Shown: positions 51,366-61,638, numbered from the stretch's first letter. The stretch: 64,000 nucleotides of DNA from Patescibacteria group bacterium (GCA_041660565.1 JBAZWC010000001.1:6155-70154), one strand, 5' to 3'. Made by a program: numbers and translations. Notes: generated by a model from the letters alone, not told the origin.

Positions 51366-52181
51366 ATGCGACCATTATCTGAGCCTACACCGCAATTGAC
51401 GCCAAAAGCGCCTAAAATTAGCCAAAAAACTGTTATTAGACAGCGAAAGATCTCTGCCTCAACGGCTCCAATTAAAAGTAAAAAGCAATTTCCTTGGCGC
51501 CCAATTGTTAGAATTATTTTTTTTGCGTGCGTAGTGTCACTGGCAGTGTGGTTGGCTAATTCACCTATTTTTACAGTTAGAAACGTGACAATAGATGGCT
51601 TAAAGACAGTTGATTTAAAATTGGTTTCTAAACAGATTCCGTCTGGCGCGAATTTATGGTTGTTCCCAACTAAAAAGACCGAGGACGCAATTCGAAAGTC
51701 ATCACCACTAATCGCTGATGTGGTGGTATATCGGGTGATTCCGGATTCCATTAAAGTGGTGGTGGTGGAACGGGTGATGGCTGCAGAGTGGCGATCGAAT
51801 AATGCATCGTTTCTGGTAGGGTTAGACGGAAAAGTGATTGTTACCGCATCTCCTCCATATGAAATGCCGGTGGTGGTAGACACCACCAATATTGCCTACA
51901 CTAACGGTGAGAGTGTGGCGACGCCGGGATTTATTCATTTCATCACAACTTCGTACGAAAAGTTTAATATCATTATTGGTCAACCACTCGATCATTTTGA
52001 GGTTGGTGCAACTACGTTTGATGTTACTGCCATTCCAAAGAGTGGTCCGAAAATTATTTTGGATGCAACTCGAGACCCGATCATCGAACTTAAGGCGGCA
52101 AAGCTGGTTTTAGATCAATTTCCAAGCCAAATAAAGGAATATTTGGACGTGAGGGTGGTGGGGAAAGCGTATTATAAATGA
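51366..52181 (+). CDS. ftsQ: cell division protein FtsQ/DivIB
   Basis: N-terminal TM followed by a POTRA-like region; sits after murB at the end of the dcw cluster. Confidence 0.65.
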   Translation: MRPLSEPTPQLTPKAPKISQKTVIRQRKISASTAPIKSKKQFPWRPIVRIIFFACVVSLAVWLANSPIFTVRNVTIDGLKTVDLKLVSKQIPSGANLWLFPTKKTEDAIRKSSPLIADVVVYRVIPDSIKVVVVERVMAAEWRSNNASFLVGLDGKVIVTASPPYEMPVVVDTTNIAYTNGESVATPGFIHFITTSYEKFNIIIGQPLDHFEVGATTFDVTAIPKSGPKIILDATRDPIIELKAAKLVLDQFPSQIKEYLDVRVVGKAYYK

Positions 52182-53836
52182 AAAATATTGGTGCGAAATG
52201 GGTGGTACAAGATCGTCTGGACAGCGATTTACTTAGCCACCTTTTAAAATTACGAAATGCGAATGATAAAGAATCGTTTTTGTCCCCATCGTTTGAAAAT
52301 CAACTGTTTGATCCAGAAACGCTACCAAACATTGATACGGCTGTGAATTTGATATCAGAAAATGTCATACAAAATCATACTATTGGTATATTTGGGGATT
52401 ACGACGCAGACGGTATCCCGGCGTCTGCCTTACTTTATTTGGGCTTAAACCAAATTGGGGCAAAAACCGTGGTGTATATTCCTAAGCGCAGCGACGGTTA
52501 CGGGCTTTCTTTGGCAGGTATTGATGCGCTACTTGGCCAAGGAGCCAAGCTTATTATTACCGTTGATAACGGCACAACCGCAATTGAAGAAATAAATTAT
52601 GCCAAAAGCAAGGGCATTGATGTGGTTGTGGTAGATCATCACTTGCCGCATCTTGATTTGCCAGATGCGATTATTGTTAATCATAAATTATCCGATAACC
52701 AATATCCGTTTGACGAGTTGTGCGCAACCGGGTTGGTGTTTAAGCTGCTTACATATCTTTCTAAAAAATATCCGGCACTGACCGAAGGTTGGTTAAAATG
52801 GCACTTAGATTTAGTGGCGTTGGCTACAGTTTGCGACATGGTGCCATTGCTTGGGGAAAATCGAGTTTTAGTCCACTTTGGGCTTAAAGTCATTAACAGT
52901 ACTCGCAATATTGGGTTAAAATATATGATCAAACACGCCGGAATTGTGCCAGGCGAAATCTCGTCGTATCATCTTGGATTTCTACTGGGGCCAAGGATAA
53001 ATGCGCTCGGGCGGATGAACGAAGATCCAATGCAAGTGTTTTGGCTATTGGCATCGTCTGAAACTGCAGAAGTTGAGAGATTATCCGAGTTAGTGAACCA
53101 ACACAACCTTGACCGTCAAGAACTATTGAGCAAAGCGATGAAGACGGCAGACAATTTGGCGCAAGACGAGGCAGCTAAAAACTGTGCCGCAATTGTGTTA
53201 GCGCACGAGGACTGGCCGGTCGGCGTAGTTGGGTTGATCGCAGGACGGTTGGCGGAAATTTACCGCCGGCCAACTTTTATTTTTGAAAAAACCCCGACAA
53301 TATATAAAGGTAGCGCCAGGTCTGTTGACCCGTTTTTGTTACCCGACATTTTTGATCAGATTGGTGAGCAGTTAGAAAGTTTTGGTGGTCATAATTTTGC
53401 CGCCGGTCTAACCTTAAAGCCAGAAAAATTTGAGACAATCAAGACTGAAATAAATCGAATAATTAATCAAAAATGGCCTAATACTGATCACACAAAAGTT
53501 ATATTGATCGATGCCGAGGTTAGTCTTGACCAAATAAGTATGAAGTTATCATACTTATTGGAGCAGTTTGAGCCATTTGGGCTAGGCAATCTGAAGCCGA
53601 AATTTTTATTGAAATCGGTCAATTTTTCCGATATTAAGACCATGGGCAAAGAAAATAATCATATTAGAGGGATAATTAGCCAAGGTGCAAAACAGATTCC
53701 GTTTGTTGGTTTTGGTTTGGGCGATAAGATTAAAGAATTAAATCAGCCAATAGCCAAAGATATTGTTGCAACATTAGAGATAAATAGATATGGTGGGAAT
53801 GAAAAGTGCGAATTAAGACTAATTGATTTTAAGTAG
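52178..53836 (+). CDS. recJ: single-stranded-DNA-specific exonuclease RecJ
   Basis: DHH motifs IFGDYDADGI and VVDHH, followed by a DHHA1 region. Confidence 0.85.
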   Translation: MKNIGAKWVVQDRLDSDLLSHLLKLRNANDKESFLSPSFENQLFDPETLPNIDTAVNLISENVIQNHTIGIFGDYDADGIPASALLYLGLNQIGAKTVVYIPKRSDGYGLSLAGIDALLGQGAKLIITVDNGTTAIEEINYAKSKGIDVVVVDHHLPHLDLPDAIIVNHKLSDNQYPFDELCATGLVFKLLTYLSKKYPALTEGWLKWHLDLVALATVCDMVPLLGENRVLVHFGLKVINSTRNIGLKYMIKHAGIVPGEISSYHLGFLLGPRINALGRMNEDPMQVFWLLASSETAEVERLSELVNQHNLDRQELLSKAMKTADNLAQDEAAKNCAAIVLAHEDWPVGVVGLIAGRLAEIYRRPTFIFEKTPTIYKGSARSVDPFLLPDIFDQIGEQLESFGGHNFAAGLTLKPEKFETIKTEINRIINQKWPNTDHTKVILIDAEVSLDQISMKLSYLLEQFEPFGLGNLKPKFLLKSVNFSDIKTMGKENNHIRGIISQGAKQIPFVGFGLGDKIKELNQPIAKDIVATLEINRYGGNEKCELRLIDFK

Positions 53837-53841
53837 GAATT

Positions 53842-55128
53842 ATGTCGGCATCATCAATTTTTGTTTGTCAACAATGTGGAAAGACCTCAGCCAAATGGCA
53901 GGGGAGATGTGACAGTTGTGGCGCATTTGGCAGTTTAGTTGAAGAGGTGGTGATTAAATCTACCACTAAACTTCGGGCATCTCGGTCAGCTAATCCGGTT
54001 GAACTTTCTCAAATTTCTCGACAAAACTGGCACCGGATGACATGTGGGAATGCCGACGTGGATAAAGTTTTGGGGGGCGGCATTGTACCCGGATCGATTG
54101 TACTATTAGGTGGAGAACCGGGAATCGGTAAATCGACATTATTGCTACAAATTGCGGATAAAATTCCGAATGCACTGTATATTACCGGTGAAGAATCGCT
54201 TGAGCAGGTAAGCGATCGAGCAGACAGACTAAAAATCAAATCAAACTTCAAATTATTACAAGAAACCGATATTAATATCATCGCGGCTACAATTGAAAAC
54301 GAAAAACCGGCGTTGGTCATTATTGATTCAATTCAAACAGTAATTAACTCAGACATTCCCGGGGTGGCAGGTAGTATTGTTCAGGTTCGCGGTGGCGCGC
54401 AGCTGTTTCAGCAGCTAGCCAAAAAGCTTAATATCCCCATCGTTTTAGTTGGCCATGTTACCAAAGAGGGGACCATCGCCGGTCCACGAACTTTGGAGCA
54501 TATTGTAGATGTGGTGTTGTCATTTGAAGGTGATGCGTTTCAACAATCACGAATTTTAAGAGGACTGAAAAATCGTTTTGGCGCCACTAACGAGGTCGCC
54601 ATTTTATCAATGTCAGAAAACGGACTGACCACGGTTGATAACCCGTCCGAACTTTTCTTGTCGAATCACCTAGATAATGTGCCTGGGAGCGTGGTAACAT
54701 CAATTTTAGAAGGGCGACGTCCGCTACTTGTCGAAGTGCAAGCGTTAACGGTGCCAACCGGTTTCGGTTACCCTAAACGAACCGCAGTTGGCATAGATTT
54801 GAATAGACTGAACATTTTGGTGGCAGTGTTGCAACGACGCGCTAGCCTAAAGCTAGAATCTTCTGATGTGTATGTTAATGTGGTTGGGGGAATAAAAATT
54901 CAAGATCCGGCGGGGGATTTGGCTATCTGTGTGGCCATCGCGTCGTCATTGCTAAATATCTCAATTCCAAAATCGATGTTGATAATTGGCGAAGTTGGAT
55001 TGCTTGGTGAAATAAGACCGGTTTCAAAGCTGACCGACCGCGAAAAAGAAGCCAAACGGCTGGGGTATAGTTCAACAATTTCGGAAAAAACAATTAAAGC
55101 AGTGATTTCGAAGTTATTCCAAAAATAA
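53842..55128 (+). CDS. radA: DNA repair protein RadA/Sms
   Basis: N-terminal zinc finger CQQCG...CDSCG, Walker A GGEPGIGKSTLLLQ, KNRFG, and a Lon-like C-terminus. Confidence 0.9.
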   Translation: MSASSIFVCQQCGKTSAKWQGRCDSCGAFGSLVEEVVIKSTTKLRASRSANPVELSQISRQNWHRMTCGNADVDKVLGGGIVPGSIVLLGGEPGIGKSTLLLQIADKIPNALYITGEESLEQVSDRADRLKIKSNFKLLQETDINIIAATIENEKPALVIIDSIQTVINSDIPGVAGSIVQVRGGAQLFQQLAKKLNIPIVLVGHVTKEGTIAGPRTLEHIVDVVLSFEGDAFQQSRILRGLKNRFGATNEVAILSMSENGLTTVDNPSELFLSNHLDNVPGSVVTSILEGRRPLLVEVQALTVPTGFGYPKRTAVGIDLNRLNILVAVLQRRASLKLESSDVYVNVVGGIKIQDPAGDLAICVAIASSLLNISIPKSMLIIGEVGLLGEIRPVSKLTDREKEAKRLGYSSTISEKTIKAVISKLFQK

Positions 55129-55146
55129 TAATGAAAACATCGCGAC

Positions 55147-55401
55147 TGTCATTTCGACTCGGGGAGAGCGTCGGCTCGACCACGCTTCAAGAAATCTAAG
55201 AAAGAATCTCATCCATAATTATAAATTTTAAAGGCTAAATTTTTAATGAATAAGTACCGAATGATTAAATTTTAAATGGTTCCTTATTTAGTCATTTAAA
55301 ATTGGCTTCCTTTCATTTGAAATTGAAAATTGAAAATTTAAAATTCTCATATTGTAGATTTGCACACGCCCCAATTGGAACATCGAGGAGTCGAGATGAC
55401 A
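55147..55401. repeat. MITE-like repeat, family 1, full-length copy in the opposite orientation to 51084-51338
   Basis: TGTCATTTCGAC...GTCGAGATGACAA, with a core that is the reverse complement of 51140-51270. Confidence 0.65.
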
Positions 55402-55421
55402 ATATGTTATGAGGAGAAAAT

Positions 55422-56369
55422 ATGACCGATCCAAATCAATCCATTTTATTTGTCATTATTTTAGTGATATCTATTTCCGCGCTTTTCATTACTCGCAAAT
55501 TAATGAAATCATCATTTCCATATGTATTTGTGGGCATTTTAGGGTTAATATTTGGATTGCTCGTTGGTGCGCTGTTGGCCATTCCGGTTTCACGTCTACC
55601 GGGGGATTATGGCAAGTGGTTGCCAATGATAGTAAATATTTTTGCGGCCGTAGCCGTTCTGGATTTGTTCATGGCACAAGGCAAGCGATTCAATCTAGTA
55701 TATCAATCATGGATTAACGGGAAAAACCCACTCAACTTTAACAACGTTAATTTATTACCAGAGCTGTTGTTAGACACCTCGGCACTAATTGACGGGCGGA
55801 TTTTAGAGGTGGCGGAAACTGGATTTATGATATCCCCTTTTGCAGTGCCGGTTTTTGTGATTGATGAATTGCAACAATTGGCCGATAGTAAAGACGATAT
55901 CAAACGCGAAAAAGGCCGCCGTGGTCTAGAGTTGTTAGAAGCATTGCGTCAGAGCCCAAAAATTGATTTGCGTATAATCGACAAAGATATCGATCAGAAA
56001 ATCGGGGTTGATCATAAATTGGTGGTATTAGCCAAAGAGCGCGGTAGCCGGGTTTTGACCACAGACAGCGCGCTTAATCGATCTGCTACCATTCAGGGTG
56101 TGGTGGTGTTGAATCTGAACGATCTAGCTGCATCGTTAAAACCGGTCGTTTATCCGGGTGAAACAATGAATATCGAAATTGTGCAAAAAGGCAAAGAGCG
56201 CGGGCAAGGCGTTGGGTACCTCGCAGACGGGACAATGGTGGTGGTGGAGGGTGCGGATAAAGAAATTAGCAAAACAGTGAACTGCAACGTGGTGCGTGTT
56301 TTTCAAACATCCTCCGGCCGAATGCTCTTTGCCGAAATTACCAAGACGCCTGTCGTCCGTAGCTCGTAA
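55422..56369 (+). CDS. membrane-anchored PIN/TRAM domain protein (YacL-like)
   Basis: Two N-terminal TMs, a PIN-like acidic core (LLLDTSALIDGR...VFVIDEL), and a C-terminal TRAM-like beta region. Sits downstream of radA as in Firmicutes. Confidence 0.6.
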   Translation: MTDPNQSILFVIILVISISALFITRKLMKSSFPYVFVGILGLIFGLLVGALLAIPVSRLPGDYGKWLPMIVNIFAAVAVLDLFMAQGKRFNLVYQSWINGKNPLNFNNVNLLPELLLDTSALIDGRILEVAETGFMISPFAVPVFVIDELQQLADSKDDIKREKGRRGLELLEALRQSPKIDLRIIDKDIDQKIGVDHKLVVLAKERGSRVLTTDSALNRSATIQGVVVLNLNDLAASLKPVVYPGETMNIEIVQKGKERGQGVGYLADGTMVVVEGADKEISKTVNCNVVRVFQTSSGRMLFAEITKTPVVRSS

Positions 56370-56460
56370 GAGCGTAGGATGATGAACGTGTTTCACCCCG
56401 AGGGTGTGAAGGTGATTCGTCTATCAATCGTCTACGATTAATATAAAATACAGGAGAAAA

Positions 56461-57357
56461 ATGAACGATAAAATTCTTAATCACTATCTAGAATTTGGTC
56501 TTTTCACAAACCCAGGATTATACAAAAACATACTCCAGCACGATCTACCAGACAACATCCAAGAAATCGGAAGCTTAGTAAGAAAAAATATTATTCATCG
56601 CACCACTCTTGAGGCTGGGAATGTGGGCACAAATTATGACTTGAAATTTGGCGATATGAAACAAGTTCCATGGTATCGTCAGCCAGAAGATGATAACTTA
56701 CCCACCACCCCAGCGATGTTAGCTGAGCTATACCGTCGTGACGCTCGCGGCCTAACCCCAAACCGCAAAGTTGAGGACAAATTAATACTCACTTGTAGAT
56801 TTGTCTCAATTCTCACGGCATCTATTCTCAAATCTAAAGGAATACCGGCTCGCGTTCGGTCTGGTAATGCGCCATACTTTGATATGGGGAGTTTGGGAGA
56901 TGTGAGTACGGATCACTGGATTAATCAGTATTGGAAAAAAGACGATAACCGTTGGGTAACAATAGATGTTGACGGAAGTCTGAGTCTAAAAGACAAATTT
57001 AATCCATATGATATGCCAAACGACAAATTTGATTTTCCAGCAGTTGCTTGGCTAAATATTCGTTCTGGAAAAGTCGACCCGGACCATTTTTATAACGCCT
57101 CGTCTGATCGTGGCGCCATTGTGGTTGTATGGTCACTTTTCTATGATTTTCATTCTTTAATGAATGACGAAGTTATTTATTCCCATGTCCCAGAGTTTGG
57201 TACATACAAAAAATTTAAGAAACTTTCCCCAAAAGAGTTAGAAAAAATTGACATGTTGGCCAAATTAATGCTCAAACCTGACGAAAACTTTGATAAGTTA
57301 CTAGAGATATGGAATACAGACCGTGACCTCAGGCTATTAAAAGGTGGACTTCTATAG
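56461..57357 (+). CDS. transglutaminase-like cysteine protease superfamily protein
   Basis: A Cys...His...Asp arrangement (LTCRFVSIL...STDHWINQYW...WVTIDVD). Confidence 0.6.
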   Translation: MNDKILNHYLEFGLFTNPGLYKNILQHDLPDNIQEIGSLVRKNIIHRTTLEAGNVGTNYDLKFGDMKQVPWYRQPEDDNLPTTPAMLAELYRRDARGLTPNRKVEDKLILTCRFVSILTASILKSKGIPARVRSGNAPYFDMGSLGDVSTDHWINQYWKKDDNRWVTIDVDGSLSLKDKFNPYDMPNDKFDFPAVAWLNIRSGKVDPDHFYNASSDRGAIVVVWSLFYDFHSLMNDEVIYSHVPEFGTYKKFKKLSPKELEKIDMLAKLMLKPDENFDKLLEIWNTDRDLRLLKGGLL

Positions 57358-57507
57358 ACTGGATTCCCGCCTTCGCGGGAATGACAACTCGAAGATAGTT
57401 CTCGGTTATGCCTCGAACAAGAAAACCGTAGTCCAAGCTTTCGTGACCTCCGTAGCTCGGAGAGCGAAGGGGGTAGTTTGTTTTCCTCATAACACACTAA
57501 AGCGTGG
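57357..57507. repeat. composite repeat (family 2 unit, family 4 tail and family 3 unit); left flank of cassette G
   Basis: ctggattcccgccttcgcgggaatgacaac...agttctcggt...cgaacaagaaaaccg. Then ccgtagtccaagctttcgtgacctccgtagctcggagagcgaaggggg, which is homologous to 41130-41225. Confidence 0.55.
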
Positions 57508-57523
57508 TCTACGAACGCCAAAC

Positions 57524-57552
57524 TTGACTAAATGTGTAATATATGCTAATAT
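57524..57552 (+). promoter_or_regulatory. sigma70-like promoter of cassette G
   Basis: TTGACTaaATGT, a 17-nt spacer, then TAATAT. The -35 context TTGACTAnATGT is shared with the cassette D promoters. Confidence 0.5.
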
Positions 57553-57626
57553 AGTTGCTAGAACCTGAACATTGGCCCAAACCGTTGGGCCATCATCGCC
57601 GGCGGGCTTACGCAAGGGAGAATTCG

Positions 57627-58241
57627 ATGGCTGACTCTGAGCTGATGCTCGATGTCGGGCAGGCGAATGAGCTCAAGTTGGCTTTCCGCAGATGCGGATG
57701 GACCAACGAAGAGATCAAGAAGCTTAGTGAGGGCGACACTCTGGTCGGGGTGCGGCAGGTGATTCGTGGCGAGGCCACGATTCAGGCAGTCGAAGCGTCG
57801 AAGTTGCTTGAAGACGTCGGCACCTACGGCGTCGATGTGGTCACGGAATTCGACGCCGAGACGGAGTTGGTCGAGGGAAAGCACGGCATCAGTTGGGCCA
57901 GCGAAGAGTTCAAGAAATTCATCGCTGGCAAGATCGAGACCAATGTTCCGGCGGCGCGGCTCCGCGTCAGCAAACTGCTTAGGCAGTCGGTGGATGGCCC
58001 GATCATCGCCGAACTGGGTGGTGAGGCGACGGTAGAGACGTTCTTGGCATGGCTGTCGCAGCTGTTGGGGAAGCTTCCCCACGGCCGCTATCTTTTCTAT
58101 GTCAAGGACGCCCAAGGAAGGCTTTGGGTGGTTCACTGCTTATGGTACTCCAGCTACAGCGGCTGGTGCCTGAACGTCGACTCGGTTGCGAAACTGTTCC
58201 AGTGGACTGTCGGCAACCAGTTCCTCTCTCGCGATTCTTGA
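57627..58241 (+). CDS. hypothetical protein (high-GC cassette G)
   Basis: ATG after SD aaggga. About 205 aa and roughly 60% GC. No recognisable domain. Confidence 0.45.
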   Translation: MADSELMLDVGQANELKLAFRRCGWTNEEIKKLSEGDTLVGVRQVIRGEATIQAVEASKLLEDVGTYGVDVVTEFDAETELVEGKHGISWASEEFKKFIAGKIETNVPAARLRVSKLLRQSVDGPIIAELGGEATVETFLAWLSQLLGKLPHGRYLFYVKDAQGRLWVVHCLWYSSYSGWCLNVDSVAKLFQWTVGNQFLSRDS

Positions 58242-58288
58242 ACCTCTGACCCTTGGGTCTTAGTGCCACTCTGGTGCTCTGACCCTTT

Positions 58289-58324
58289 GGCCCTCTGACA
58301 CTTTGTCGGAGGGCCATTGTTTGT
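58289..58324 (+). terminator. rho-independent terminator closing cassette G
   Basis: GGCCCTCtgacactttgtcgGAGGGCC followed by attgtttgt. Confidence 0.5.
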
Positions 58325-58419
58325 ATATAATACAACAGGAAACTGTGGGATGGTGGCTACGGCTTTCGTCCACGTTTCAGATTGTTGTTTACTCCAGAAT
58401 TGCTTTATATATCACCTTC

Positions 58420-58640
58420 GAGGTGCAAGATTGATTTTCTTGTTCGAACGGAGTGAGAACTCAATCAGATTGGGTAGTTCTCGTCGTAACCCTCCTCGAA
58501 CAAGAATATTGGAAGTCTTCTATATACTGGATTCCGGATCTAGTCCGGAATGACAACAAAAACGGGTAGTTCTCAGTCGCGACTTCGAACAAGAAAACCG
58601 GTGGGCGGACATATGAGTCCGCCCCTACGGTGGTCGTGAT
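58420..58640. repeat. composite repeat (family 4 palindrome, family 2 unit, family 4 tail and a GGGCGGAC palindrome); right flank of cassette G
   Basis: TTCTTGTTCGAACGGAGTGAGAACTC...CTCGAACAAGAA; ctggattccggatctagtccggaatgacaac...agttctcagtcgcgacttcgaacaagaaaaccg; ggtgggcggacatatgagtccgcccctacgg. Confidence 0.55.
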
Positions 58641-58652
58641 GCGTGCCTCGAT

Positions 58653-61529
58653 TTAGAACGTTAGGTCGGCGGAGGAGACGGTTCCGGTGCCAAGCTGCGA
58701 AGTTACTTTGTAATGATAAGTGGCGGTGGCAGTTAGGCCGGTAATAGTAATGGAATGTGACTTTACGTTCCCTTCGCCCTCATTTTGTGTTGAACCGTAG
58801 GTGTTGGTTAAACCATAAACCACATTTCCGGACGCGGCAACACCCGAGCTCCACGTTATCGTAACCGATAGTTTATCCACAGACCGTGTGGCGATTACGT
58901 TGGATATCGCCAATGTCAAATTGTTGGCGGTGGTAAAGCTGGCAGTAGCGGTACTCTCTTGGCCTTGTAGGTCTCTATCTACCACTTTGAATGTATGTTT
59001 TCCATCTATTAGATCAGTGGTGTCGTAAGACACTTTCCATGGAGCATTAGGTTCGGCCACTTTAACATCGTCAATATAGAAGGTCATTAACGATACCCCG
59101 AAAGGTGATGCCCCGGTGGATTGTAGATTGATAGTGCCCGAGACAGTTGCTCCATCGATAGGTGAGACTACGGCTACTGTTAATTTATCGTTCGTGGTTG
59201 GGTCATATTCATCGGTTGGTGGGGATTCGGTATTTAGCCCATTACTTTTAGCCCATGCCTGAACCGGATTTTCCCAGACCGGATCCTTTGGCCTTTCAGA
59301 ATGAATACGGGTGAATATTTTGTTTAATACTAAATCAGTCGGAGTTGCGTCGGTAGCTAGTTTGGATTGATCTAAGCGATAAACTTTGACAGTTTGATGA
59401 ATGTCATCGGCATCCTTGGGCTGTTGGCTATCTGTACAGATATCACGAATGATGTCGTCAGCTGGAGTAGCGTCGGTTGGTTTTTTATTATATGTGTATT
59501 TAACAATGGAGCAGTCTTTTACGTTGTCGGGGCGTACAAAGTCTTCACCCGGCATATCTTTGAGTACTTTTTGCATAAAATCACGCCAAACCGGAGCGGC
59601 TGCCATCGCTCCCGCGCCGGAGTGTGTCATTTCTTTGTTATCGTTATTTCCTACCCACACCGCGGTGACGATTTGGGGGGTGTAACCAATGGTCCACGCG
59701 TCACGATAGCTAGAGGTGGTTCCGGTTTTAACTGCCACTTGTCTGTCGGTAAAGTTAAGCGCAGAATTGCCTCCAAAGGTGGCGGTGCGGGCCCCATTAT
59801 CTGACAAAATCGAGCTTATTTCGTACGCAATTCCCGGGTCAATTACGGTTTTGGGCTGATCCTTCCACTCTTGAATCACATTGCCGCTTGAATCTTCAAC
59901 TTTTTGAATACTTGATGTTGGATGCAAGTTACCGCCGGTAGCAAATACTCCGTAAGCCCCCACCATTTCAGTCATTTTTACTTCGGCCGATCCGAGTACC
60001 ATAGATAAGCCATAATTGTCCGGTTCGGTTAAAGTGGTTATACCTAAATCTTGAGCATTGCTTATTGCATCGCTGGTTCCGACAATTGCTTGCGCCTTAA
60101 CTGCTGAAATGTTTAAAGAGTTGCCTAGTGCGTATCGGGTCGTTAGTGCGCCACGACCACCACCAGAATAGTTATGAGGCCAAATGACATCGGGTTTAGA
60201 TTGGTCGTAGCTACCTTCAACATCAAAAATTGTGCTTCCCGGGCTCCACCCTTCCTTAAATAAAGAAGCATAAACAATCGGCTTGAAACTCGAGCCTGGC
60301 TGGCGCAAAGAAGTAGTGATATTTACAGATCCGAAAGTCTTATTGTTGTAATCAACCGAGCCCACCATGGCTAAAATTTGACCGGTTTTAGCGTCAGTAG
60401 AAAGTAAGGCGATGTTGCTGGCGTTGGTTGACTTAAAAATACTAGTTGATTTGTCAGTAATAATTTGTTCTGCTAATTTTTGCTTTTCTAAATCAAGCGT
60501 AGTTGTTACCTTGTACCCACCGGTCGCCAGACGCTTTTCGCCGTCAGCCCCACCGCCCAGTAAATCAACCAATTGCTCCTTTATATAAAAGATAAAATGG
60601 GTGGCAACGCTGTTTGATTTAATTTGGGTTAAGCCCTCGCTGATACTAATTAATTTTGCTTTATCTCTTAGATCATTTGATATATACCCTTGGTCAGCCA
60701 TTTTGTTTAAAACATTGTTACGGCGAATTTTAAGCGAGTCAACATGGTTGCCATATGGATTATAGTATGATGGTGCTTGAGGAATCGCAGCCAACGTGGC
60801 CACTTGTGCGTACAGAATTGCCTTTTGACCATCGTCGCTGGCCTTTTCCGGATCTAAATCTTGAATATTTTTGCCGTAATAAGTATTTGCGGCGGCTTGA
60901 ATACCGTAATTGTTATTGCCATAAGGAATCTGGTTTAGATAATAGGCAAGTATTTGATCTTTGTCATAAATACGTTCAAATTGATACGCCACCACTGCTT
61001 CTCTAATTTTTCGCGCGATCGTTTTTTTGGTGCCAATACCTTCAATTAAGTTTCTGGCCAATTGTTGGGTAATGGTAGAAGCGCCTTGTGATTTTGAGCC
61101 GTGCGTAATATCAACATAAATTGCTCTGGCAATACCGCGATAGTCGATGGCGCCATGTTTATAAAAATCTTTGTCTTCAACGGCCACCGTGGCATTTTTG
61201 GCAGCATCTGGGATATCTTTACCATCTACTACGGTACGTTTTTCCTCGTCGTAAACGTCTTTAATTAATACGCCGTTTCGATCAAATATTTTAGTAGAGC
61301 TAACCGGTTTAATTTGAGCAAGTTCGCCCGGTTTAGGAATGTTAAACGAAAAATAAACAATCATGCCCACAATAATCAACACAAAAACAGCCAATACTTT
61401 TAGCGCGATGACCAGTACTTGTTTAAACGTAAGGCGCTTAACACCACGCTTTATTTCGGCGGGCGAGAGATTTTTTAATCCCAATGGATTAAAAAACTTT
61501 TTAACAAAAATTATTAGTCGATTTTTCAT
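58653..61529 (-). CDS. mrcA: class A penicillin-binding protein (transglycosylase plus transpeptidase) with C-terminal Ig/FN3-like extension
   Basis: N-terminal TM, GT51 motif TITQQLARN, transpeptidase motifs SSFKP (SxxK) and KTGT, and about 250 aa of C-terminal beta-rich repeats. Confidence 0.85.
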   Translation of the reverse strand: MKNRLIIFVKKFFNPLGLKNLSPAEIKRGVKRLTFKQVLVIALKVLAVFVLIIVGMIVYFSFNIPKPGELAQIKPVSSTKIFDRNGVLIKDVYDEEKRTVVDGKDIPDAAKNATVAVEDKDFYKHGAIDYRGIARAIYVDITHGSKSQGASTITQQLARNLIEGIGTKKTIARKIREAVVAYQFERIYDKDQILAYYLNQIPYGNNNYGIQAAANTYYGKNIQDLDPEKASDDGQKAILYAQVATLAAIPQAPSYYNPYGNHVDSLKIRRNNVLNKMADQGYISNDLRDKAKLISISEGLTQIKSNSVATHFIFYIKEQLVDLLGGGADGEKRLATGGYKVTTTLDLEKQKLAEQIITDKSTSIFKSTNASNIALLSTDAKTGQILAMVGSVDYNNKTFGSVNITTSLRQPGSSFKPIVYASLFKEGWSPGSTIFDVEGSYDQSKPDVIWPHNYSGGGRGALTTRYALGNSLNISAVKAQAIVGTSDAISNAQDLGITTLTEPDNYGLSMVLGSAEVKMTEMVGAYGVFATGGNLHPTSSIQKVEDSSGNVIQEWKDQPKTVIDPGIAYEISSILSDNGARTATFGGNSALNFTDRQVAVKTGTTSSYRDAWTIGYTPQIVTAVWVGNNDNKEMTHSGAGAMAAAPVWRDFMQKVLKDMPGEDFVRPDNVKDCSIVKYTYNKKPTDATPADDIIRDICTDSQQPKDADDIHQTVKVYRLDQSKLATDATPTDLVLNKIFTRIHSERPKDPVWENPVQAWAKSNGLNTESPPTDEYDPTTNDKLTVAVVSPIDGATVSGTINLQSTGASPFGVSLMTFYIDDVKVAEPNAPWKVSYDTTDLIDGKHTFKVVDRDLQGQESTATASFTTANNLTLAISNVIATRSVDKLSVTITWSSGVAASGNVVYGLTNTYGSTQNEGEGNVKSHSITITGLTATATYHYKVTSQLGTGTVSSADLTF

Positions 61530-61638
61530 TTAGTCTTACTTACTTGAGAATACTCCAATTTTAATATATTGTCCAAATAGGGGGAAAACTACAATTTGAA
61601 ATTTGAAATTTGAAATTTTTAATGCAAGGATGATTTTT

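Noticed and set aside
55422-57357. The PIN/TRAM protein plus the transglutaminase-like protein considered as a defence or toxin pair
   Set aside because: The PIN/TRAM protein follows radA exactly as YacL does in Firmicutes, so this is conserved housekeeping synteny. Nothing in the sequence links the two genes functionally.
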